From positions 6,018-70,017 of the forward strand of contig JAZDLR010000021.1 of NCBI GenBank assembly GCA_043801745.1: a DNA stretch of 64,000 nucleotides. Reading direction: 5' to 3'. The notes beneath the pieces were generated by a model. That model saw nothing but the letters and a program-made list of their open reading frames with translations. It had not been told where the DNA came from and searched no databases. Shown here piece after piece: positions 57,589-64,000 of the stretch. The translations under genes and the position numbers were made by a program. The stretch's first letter is position 1, and every line of letters begins with the position of its first letter. The DNA is from Candidatus Komeilibacteria bacterium (GTDB taxonomy: Bacteria > Patescibacteriota > Patescibacteriia > UBA1558 > 2-01-FULL-52-15).

Positions 57589-58948
57589 AACCGTCCTCCT
57601 TTCGCTCTCGGTCAAGAGAGATGAACCCCCTTGAAGCAAGTAGAGAAATGACGCGCGTGAATTCTCTATCGCCAGGATGACATCCGGACAATTGAGCTAG
57701 ACGTGCAAGCGATATTGGAGAATTGTTCCTAAGAAAGATGACAAAATGAAACATTGGCCCATTGATCGCGGTTACGTTCCTGTTTGCCCGCGAAGAGGCG
57801 ATCAAATATGTGTTTTTTCCCTCCCCTCTATATCTTAGTGGGTTTGACAACGTTACTACAGTGTCGGGTGTTAACTGTGGTGCTATACCTGAATTTGGTT
57901 TCTCAGGTGGTCTTGCGGTGGGAGTTGTCATCCATGGGTCCTCACCTTTGTCATGGCCGGTTAAAGCTTTGGCGGTAATTCTGCAGCCGCCGAAGCAATT
58001 TGTCACTAGGCCACAGGCGAGGCATCTATCGGGAGTTGTCTGTGTGTCTCGCCACTCAGACATTTTTTCCCAGATTGTCTCCAGTGGTTCGGATAGAAGG
58101 TTCCCATAGATTTTTGGGTTATGAGAACAGGGACGGATGTCGCCATTGTTGGCAATAGAAGCTACGGTTTTTCCCGCCTGACAGCAACGACTTACGAAAG
58201 AGTAACCGGCATCTCTTACGTACGGCGGGAATATACATTTGGGTAGCGCTTCAAAGATGTCAACCTCCATCCGTAGTTTTTCCTTAATACGGATTAGCTC
58301 TTTGATGACGGTTAGAACATCTTCTTGAGACAGCAGACGTGTGGAGTCAGGATTTTGAAGATTGAGTGCCATTGGGGTGACACCAAACATCCTTACTCCT
58401 AGATCACGCATCCGTTCCGCGGTTTGTCTGATATCGGCCAGATTTCGTTTATTGACCACCATATTGATGGCAAAGCGCTGTCCACTAGCGATAAGCATTT
58501 TAAGGTTATATTCAAACCTTTCGTAAATGCCGCCGCCAGTCATAGCCGAGTACAGTCGAGCATCACTCGAAGGACAGGAAACGAGCATGCTGTCGAGACC
58601 ACGGGCCACAAGAGATGCCAGTGATGCTTGATTGAGAAGAATCAGATTGGTGTTAAGCGATACATAAACACCATTTTGTTTGAGGTAATGAATCACCCTG
58701 AGAGCTAGCTCCTTGCGTACTAAAGGCTCGCCCCCGGTAACTACCACACCAAAAATCCGATCTTCAACGAGTTTCCTGGCCATTTCCATTACCAGCTCAT
58801 CAGGAATATCGGCCGTTTTTTTGACACGGTCGAATTCGAGATGATAGCAATGACTGCAACGCAAATTACATCTGTCAGTAATCTCCAGTTGCATATTTAT
58901 GGGTCGAGTCAGAGTCGGCATCTTGTCCTCCGAGGTATCGTTATGCAC
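57581..58948 (-). CDS. Radical SAM enzyme with C-terminal SPASM/twitch cysteine cluster (RiPP maturase-like; SCIFF/ranthipeptide-type)
   Basis: 'CNLRCSHCY' (CX3CX2C). Auxiliary clusters 'CCQAGK...CSHNP...CLACGLVTNCFGGC'. The likely start is the internal ATG at 58921 (GGAGGACAAG-ATG). Confidence 0.8.
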   Translation of the reverse strand: MHNDTSEDKMPTLTRPINMQLEITDRCNLRCSHCYHLEFDRVKKTADIPDELVMEMARKLVEDRIFGVVVTGGEPLVRKELALRVIHYLKQNGVYVSLNTNLILLNQASLASLVARGLDSMLVSCPSSDARLYSAMTGGGIYERFEYNLKMLIASGQRFAINMVVNKRNLADIRQTAERMRDLGVRMFGVTPMALNLQNPDSTRLLSQEDVLTVIKELIRIKEKLRMEVDIFEALPKCIFPPYVRDAGYSFVSRCCQAGKTVASIANNGDIRPCSHNPKIYGNLLSEPLETIWEKMSEWRDTQTTPDRCLACGLVTNCFGGCRITAKALTGHDKGEDPWMTTPTARPPEKPNSGIAPQLTPDTVVTLSNPLRYRGEGKNTYLIASSRANRNVTAINGPMFHFVIFLRNNSPISLARLAQLSGCHPGDREFTRVISLLASRGFISLDRERKEDGYE

Positions 58949-59224
58949 ATAGCAGACCGACGGCTATCAAATATGCCGTCTCACATTCCTTCGCCAAGGT
59001 AGGTACTGTTCATGACAAAGTCGTCAGTTTGAGTCTGAAACCGACGGCTATATTTGTGTTAAAGTACTTGTTTACATATGTATTTTAGCATCTTGTTCTG
59101 CTATTGGTAATCGCTTATGGTTTTCTTTAAAAAAATATGATCTATTGATTTAGCCTAAATAATTTATTTATCGGCGCAACAAAAAGATTAGTAATAATTT
59201 TTATTTAAATAGATTCTGGTAGGG

Positions 59225-59300
59225 ATAATTTGTTTTAGCGTTCCTCCTTTTGAAAGGGGAGGGTGACCGAGTGATTTCAAAAGATGGTGCCCTCTTGACA
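59225..59300. repeat. MITE family A-related fragment (TTCCTCCTTTTGAAAGGGGAGG hairpin)
   Basis: Shares the CTCC-TTTTGAA-GGAG hairpin module with 40011-40170. Confidence 0.3.
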
Positions 59301-59369
59301 TTTTTTTAGGTAGCGTTATGCTAAAGCCGTCTATATATTATCCGACGGCTTATTAATTAATGCCAATAT

Positions 59370-60062
59370 ATGAGTAAAATCCTGGCAGATCCGCAGTTAT
59401 TAGGACTGGCAATCGTTACTCTGTTAAATCTAGCTTTAGGACTGTATGTTTTTTTAAAGGATTTTAGAAATGTTTTAAATAAGATATTTCTGTTTTTAGC
59501 CATTTCAATAGTGGCTTGGTGTATCGCTATCTTCTGTACAATTTATTTTTATGAGGATGTCTTCCTATATGATTTGTCTGATAAGTTTACTTACATTGCC
59601 GGTCTTCTAATAGCCATTGGTTTTTATCTTTTTAGCATTTATTACGGCTATAAAAACCATAAGATCTCATCTTTAATTGTCATTGGTTATATTTTATTTT
59701 TTGCTATATTTTCTTATTTAGCCCTATTCTCACATTTGTTTGTGATTAATACTGCCAAAGAGGGCTTAATAACAGTTATTTACCGCAATCAGATGTCTTA
59801 TGCGATATATTCTTTGGCACTCATAAGCTTGTTCATTCTAGGATTAGTTGAATTATGGAAGAAAATGAAGGGCGGGGACGGAGTATATAAACAGCATTTC
59901 TTGACCTTAATCATATTAGTGGGTTTTTCTATTATTCTGAGTATATTCTTTGATCTATCGCTTTCAGCATTTAATAATTATTCTTATAGCGCTGTTGGCC
60001 CCCTATCGTCAGTTTTATTTATCTTCGCCATTATGAGGATGATTAATAGCAGTAAAGAATAG
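59370..60062 (+). CDS. Hypothetical polytopic (about 7 TM) membrane protein
   Basis: 230-aa ORF of alternating hydrophobic helices, Phe/Ile-rich. Divergent from the RiPP-like operon. Confidence 0.5.
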   Translation: MSKILADPQLLGLAIVTLLNLALGLYVFLKDFRNVLNKIFLFLAISIVAWCIAIFCTIYFYEDVFLYDLSDKFTYIAGLLIAIGFYLFSIYYGYKNHKISSLIVIGYILFFAIFSYLALFSHLFVINTAKEGLITVIYRNQMSYAIYSLALISLFILGLVELWKKMKGGDGVYKQHFLTLIILVGFSIILSIFFDLSLSAFNNYSYSAVGPLSSVLFIFAIMRMINSSKE

Positions 60063-60065
60063 CCA

Positions 60066-61034
60066 ATGTCTAAACGCAAGAAAATCGCTTTAATCTATTC
60101 AACTGGCACAGTCTTATCTTCCCTGAAAAACCGCAGTATTGTTTTTGTTGATTCTGATAGTGATATTCCCAAGTGGCTGGAGTCTATTCCGGAGATTTCT
60201 CTAATTGCTGATATTGAGCCGCAATTTTTTTTGTCTGAATCCGCGACTATGGGATATTCTGATACTTTGCGGTTGTCAGAGCAGATTGACATTCTGCGGC
60301 GGCAGGTTGATGGCATTGTGATTCTGATGCGGACCGAAAGTATTATTCAGCAAGCTACGCTACTGAATTTTCTCAATCAAAATGTCACCATTCCGGTTAT
60401 TATTACCGGCGCTGTGGTTTCGCCCCAAGCTTTGACCGAGGGCGTACTGTCGGATATTTCCAAGAAAAATGTCGCCTTGAGCCTGAAGAGTAATGTGATT
60501 AACGCCACTCAGGTAGCAACCCGGGATTTTCACGGCTTTGGCCTGATGTATGGTAACCGTTTAATCGAACCGGTCCGCGCCCAGAGAGATAATATTGAAG
60601 CGCTTAATGTATTTAGTTCAATTGATGGTAACTACGCCGGCCGGGTGGAATTTGGCATTAGCTTGAATCAGCCCAAAAAGGCCGATAAGCCAACTAAACA
60701 TTATAATAATTTTTCTACTAATGTAACTGTTATTGACTCGTCTTTCTTAACTCTGGGTAGCTTAAAAAATCTGACAGCTGACGCGGTTATTATTAAAATT
60801 CGGGAAAATGAGCAGTTACCTTTGGAAGTTTACGAAGCCTTACGTCAGTTAAAACAGCCGGTAATTCTTTATAATTATTGGTACGTTTTGGAGCATAAAG
60901 GCCTGATAGATATTTCTCATATTACTGAAGAGAGCTTATTGGCAAAAGTAATGTGGCTGGCGGCTGACAGCAAATCAACGGCAGCGTTTTATCAAAGAAT
61001 AAGCGAAAACGTAATTGGGGAACTACTGCAATGA
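60066..61034 (+). CDS. Asparaginase-family-like protein with degenerate catalytic motifs (possibly non-catalytic)
   Basis: 'IALIYSTGTVLSS' (cf. TGGTIAG) and 'GIVILMRTESI' (cf. HGTDTM), 'PVIITGAVVSP'. 322 aa. Confidence 0.35.
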   Translation: MSKRKKIALIYSTGTVLSSLKNRSIVFVDSDSDIPKWLESIPEISLIADIEPQFFLSESATMGYSDTLRLSEQIDILRRQVDGIVILMRTESIIQQATLLNFLNQNVTIPVIITGAVVSPQALTEGVLSDISKKNVALSLKSNVINATQVATRDFHGFGLMYGNRLIEPVRAQRDNIEALNVFSSIDGNYAGRVEFGISLNQPKKADKPTKHYNNFSTNVTVIDSSFLTLGSLKNLTADAVIIKIRENEQLPLEVYEALRQLKQPVILYNYWYVLEHKGLIDISHITEESLLAKVMWLAADSKSTAAFYQRISENVIGELLQ

Positions 61035-61597
61035 GAATCTATTATTTTGCTAATGTCAAGAATCCGGCTCAACTTCTGATATTTCAGGAAGCGTCTTCAT
61101 TATTACGTAAGTATGGCTTATCAGTGGTTGACAACGTTAAATCCAAGCCTGACTTTGAATTAGGCGAGCAGGGAGGCGTTGATCAGATAGACGCGGTGAT
61201 TATTGATGCTAGTGGTTCCGATGCCGAAGCCGGTTATTTACTGGCCGTGGCTATTGCTCATAAGAAGCCGGTTTTATATTTATTGCCGGCTGGTACGCAG
61301 CTTGACACGTCGGTGAAAGCTTTGACTCTCAATAAAGCCATCAAAGATTATCTGCGCGTGGAATTTTTCCTGACAGTGAATTTTTCCAAGAAGATTAAAG
61401 AATTTCTACAGTATTTGGATCAGGATATTGGCAAGGAAGCGCATTCAGTGAAATTTACTTTACGCCTGACGCCGAAACTGGAACGTTATTTAAACTGGAA
61501 AGCCGAAAAAGGTAATCGTAACAAGGCGGATTATGTCCGTAGCTTTCTGGAGGAGTCCATGAAAGCGGACGAGGAATATAAGAATCGGTTAAAGTAG
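61031..61597 (+). CDS. Hypothetical protein, nucleoside 2-deoxyribosyltransferase-like fold suspected
   Basis: 'MRIYYFANV...DAVIIDASGSDAEAGYLLAVAIAHKKPVLYL' resembles the NDT-like Rossmann pattern. Weak. Confidence 0.3.
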   Translation: MRIYYFANVKNPAQLLIFQEASSLLRKYGLSVVDNVKSKPDFELGEQGGVDQIDAVIIDASGSDAEAGYLLAVAIAHKKPVLYLLPAGTQLDTSVKALTLNKAIKDYLRVEFFLTVNFSKKIKEFLQYLDQDIGKEAHSVKFTLRLTPKLERYLNWKAEKGNRNKADYVRSFLEESMKADEEYKNRLK

Positions 61598-61643
61598 AGG
61601 AGCAGAAAACGGGGATGATGAGTCCTTGTTTTATTATTTAACG

Positions 61644-61824
61644 ACCTCACTCCCGCCTGCTAACGCCTGAGCGTAGCGATGGCGGGCAGGCCAACCCTCT
61701 CCTTAGAAAAGGAGAGGGAGGATGCACTCCTAAACAGGGTTCCTCTCCTTTTTAAGGAGAGGACAGGTGAGGTAATTAAAATAACTCCGAGGACAGCTCG
61801 CCCGCCTCTGGTGAAGTGAGGTAA
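61644..61824. repeat. MITE family A copy 2
   Basis: ACCTCACTCCC...GTGAGGTAAT termini. Internal CTCTCC-TTAGAAAA-GGAGAG and CTCTCC-TTTTTAA-GGAGAG hairpins. Confidence 0.55.
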
Positions 61825-61851
61825 TCTAAAAAATTGCTAGGCAATTTAATA

Positions 61852-62250
61852 ATGACAAAATTATTTAATAAACCAGAAGAGACATTTAAACGTCGAATCT
61901 TGAGAGTCAATAATCCATTGGCTGAATTAAGAATGTGGTACTTATTGCGAAATAGACGATTAAATAATCAAAAATTTCGTCGTCAGTATGGTATTGGTTC
62001 GTTTGTTGTGGATTTCTATTGTCCTGAAGCAAAGTTAGTAATTGAGATCGATGGTGCTACTCATAGTACTAAAGGGGAGCTTGAAAATGACCAGAAACGT
62101 CAGGATTACATAGAATCCTTAGGACTAACTGTTATACGCTTTACGAATGAAGAGGTATATTACAGACCTGACAGAGTATTAAGAAAAATACGGAGAGTTT
62201 TGAAACAATTGAAGAATTGTTTGAATACCTCATCCCAACCTTCTCCTTGA
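61852..62250 (+). CDS. DUF559/Vsr-like endonuclease-domain protein
   Basis: 'FRRQYGIGSFVVDFYCPEAKLVIEIDGATHS...DQKRQDYIESLGLTVIRFTNEEV'. The last 8 codons and stop lie inside MITE copy 3. Confidence 0.65.
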   Translation: MTKLFNKPEETFKRRILRVNNPLAELRMWYLLRNRRLNNQKFRRQYGIGSFVVDFYCPEAKLVIEIDGATHSTKGELENDQKRQDYIESLGLTVIRFTNEEVYYRPDRVLRKIRRVLKQLKNCLNTSSQPSP

Positions 62251-62384
62251 AAAGGAGAAGGGGGTAGCGCGTGGCGGAAAAGAGCGACTAGCCATTAATT
62301 TACGTCCCTCTCCTTTTTAAGCCAGCCCCGAGCGAGGTCGAGGGGGAGAGGACAGCTTGCCCGCCTCTGGTGGGGTGAGGTAAT
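62227..62384. repeat. MITE family A copy 3 (TACCTCATCCC...GGGGTGAGGTAAT)
   Basis: TIRs and hairpin modules homologous to copies 1 and 2. Overlaps the 3' end of the DUF559 gene. Confidence 0.55.
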
Positions 62385-62439
62385 TAAAATAATTTTTCCT
62401 CTAGATTTTTTCGCTAGTTTATGCCATAATCCAGGCACT

Positions 62440-63255
62440 ATGGCGACTGTTGCCACCAGAGCTGATATTTTAGATTACACCTTACGGACGGACATTAAGA
62501 AGAATGCCCTGCCGTTCTTTTTTCCGGCTCAAGATAAGAAGAATCTGGCCATTTTAATTCACGGTTTCAGTGGCTCGCCTTATGATATGGCCGAGCTGGG
62601 ACAGTATTTGGGCGAACAGGGGATTAGCGCCAGAGGCGTTCTGCTGGCCGGTCACGGCGGCGATTATGACCATTTGGCTCAAGCCGGACATCAGGAGTGG
62701 TGGCAGAGTGTCAAGGATGAGCTGGACCGTAATGAAGGTCAATATGAAAATATTTATTTAATCGGCTATTCTTTTGGTTCTAACTTGGCTATTGATCTGG
62801 CTAACCGTTATCCCGACAAATTGAAGGGTATTATCTGTATGTCAGCTTCGGTTTTTATCCGTAGCGATAAGAAAGTTAGATTGCTTAATACCGCGCTGTC
62901 ATTATTCACTGACCGCGTGAAGAAGCGCCGCATGCGCAAAGAACGTCAATCAGTTTATGAAGCCGGCGGCCGGCATTTGGTGGTTCCGCTTAAGGGCCTG
63001 GCTGATTTTTTCCATTTTATTGATAATTTTACCAAGCGGGAAATCGGGCAGGTAAAAACTCCGATCTTATTAATTCACGCCCGTGATGATTATGCTTCTG
63101 ATCCTAAAAGTTCGGAATATATCTTTGAACATATTGGCAGCGAAGACAAGGAATTATTTATGATCAATGAATTTGAACACAATCCCTTAAATACTAATAG
63201 CCGCAACGTAATTTTTGCCAAGATTTTACAATTTGTGGCCGAACATCAGCAATGA
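62440..63255 (+). CDS. Alpha/beta-fold hydrolase (esterase/lipase-like)
   Basis: 'ILIHGFSGSP', nucleophile elbow 'IGYSFGSN', C-terminal His. Confidence 0.7.
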   Translation: MATVATRADILDYTLRTDIKKNALPFFFPAQDKKNLAILIHGFSGSPYDMAELGQYLGEQGISARGVLLAGHGGDYDHLAQAGHQEWWQSVKDELDRNEGQYENIYLIGYSFGSNLAIDLANRYPDKLKGIICMSASVFIRSDKKVRLLNTALSLFTDRVKKRRMRKERQSVYEAGGRHLVVPLKGLADFFHFIDNFTKREIGQVKTPILLIHARDDYASDPKSSEYIFEHIGSEDKELFMINEFEHNPLNTNSRNVIFAKILQFVAEHQQ

Positions 63256-64000
63256 CTACAATTTTTTCCAGATTTAAGGAAGTTGCTGCACGTTATAGCG
63301 CTAACGTATTTGTTGCTGATATACGTGATAATCAGATTTACCGGCAAACTTACAGTGAGGTGTTGGAGAAAGTACAGCGTGTATCCGCTGCTCTACGCTC
63401 ATTGGGTCTGATTAAGGGTGACCGTCTGGCTTTATTACTGCCTAACTCCTCCGATTGGGTGATTGTTGATTTGGCCTGCGCCCAACTGGGACTAATTGAC
63501 GTCCCTATTCATACGACCTATAGCTGGCATTACATCAAATATACCATTGAACATTCCGGATCTAGTGCCTTAGTTATCGATAATTTCCTTTGGCAAAAGT
63601 ATTCCGAGCAGATTAGTCAATTAGGCCTGAAGCATATTATTGTGCGGGCGAATGAGGTGTCCGCACCGGCCATTACTCTGAATCACTGCTTTGAACAGCC
63701 GCCATTATTGGAAGCGGAAAAGTTAGCGGAAACCGACGTTCATACTATAGTTTATACTTCCGGCACTACAGCTGAACCCAAAGGCGTTATGCTGACGCAT
63801 CAAAATATGTTATTTGATACTGACAGTGCCCGCCAAATACTTCCGATAGATCCTACTGACAGCTTTTTTTCTTTTCTGCCTTTGTCCCATATGATGGAAA
63901 GAACCGGTTGTTATTACACAGCCTTATCAGTAGGGGCGTCTGTCTATTTTTGCAGTGATAAATCGCGGATCATTAACGAAATCAAACTGGTGCGCCCGAC
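63252..64000 (+). CDS. AMP-dependent synthetase/ligase (long-chain-fatty-acid--CoA ligase-like), 3' end outside the window
   Basis: AMP-binding motif 'VYTSGTTAEPKGVMLTHQN'. ATGA overlap with the upstream hydrolase gene. Confidence 0.8.
   Translation, partial: MTTIFSRFKEVAARYSANVFVADIRDNQIYRQTYSEVLEKVQRVSAALRSLGLIKGDRLALLLPNSSDWVIVDLACAQLGLIDVPIHTTYSWHYIKYTIEHSGSSALVIDNFLWQKYSEQISQLGLKHIIVRANEVSAPAITLNHCFEQPPLLEAEKLAETDVHTIVYTSGTTAEPKGVMLTHQNMLFDTDSARQILPIDPTDSFFSFLPLSHMMERTGCYYTALSVGASVYFCSDKSRIINEIKLVRP

Overview
The window is a 64-kb chromosomal segment of about 43% GC. It is densely packed with standard-code (code 11) housekeeping genes on both strands: pheT (3' end), gyrB, a polyprenyl synthase, secE-nusG-rplK-rplA, gatB, miaA, miaB, thrS, dnaE, ftsW/rodA, rplY, prmC-prfA-rpmE, rpsB-tsf, gap, cysS. 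It also carries a contiguous dTTP-supply operon: dCMP deaminase, a P-loop kinase, dut, a tandem-domain ThyX, tdk, tmk. Small genes, a sortase, two giant multidomain surface proteins and many ORFans give an overall flavour consistent with a reduced-genome Patescibacteria/CPR-like bacterium; that lineage call is my inference. Six points stand out. (1) An AT-rich accessory locus (~55.6-59.4 kb) encodes a radical-SAM/SPASM enzyme translationally coupled to a Cys/Asp/Ser-rich 55-aa precursor peptide, followed by two HExxH proteins and a transglutaminase-like protease. This is a candidate ranthipeptide/sactipeptide (SCIFF-like) RiPP cluster. (2) A ~60% GC island (36.84-39.87 kb) forms a five-gene minus-strand operon with a perfect consensus promoter and an intrinsic terminator. 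It encodes a receiver (REC) domain fused to a DnaJ-type (CxxCxGxG)4 zinc finger, two paralogous membrane-anchored proteins and two small proteins, and is bracketed by MITE-like repeats. (3) There are at least four families of miniature inverted-repeat elements. One, with TIR TACCTCACCCC, flanks a DUF559 endonuclease gene and supplies its last codons. (4) A recurring palindrome ACCCCGTTAGA...TCTAACGGGGT sits directly upstream of TTGACA -35 boxes of GC-rich foreign-looking genes, and once inside a NUDIX coding sequence. (5) cysS carries an in-frame TAG, followed by 56 in-frame codons that encode the conserved CysRS C-terminus. (6) A sortase is paired with a 1460-aa LPDTSG-anchored protein that combines Myxococcus-type Cys-rich repeats, dockerin-like loops, a beta-propeller and a DUF11 domain. 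No rRNA, tRNA or CRISPR array was recognised.
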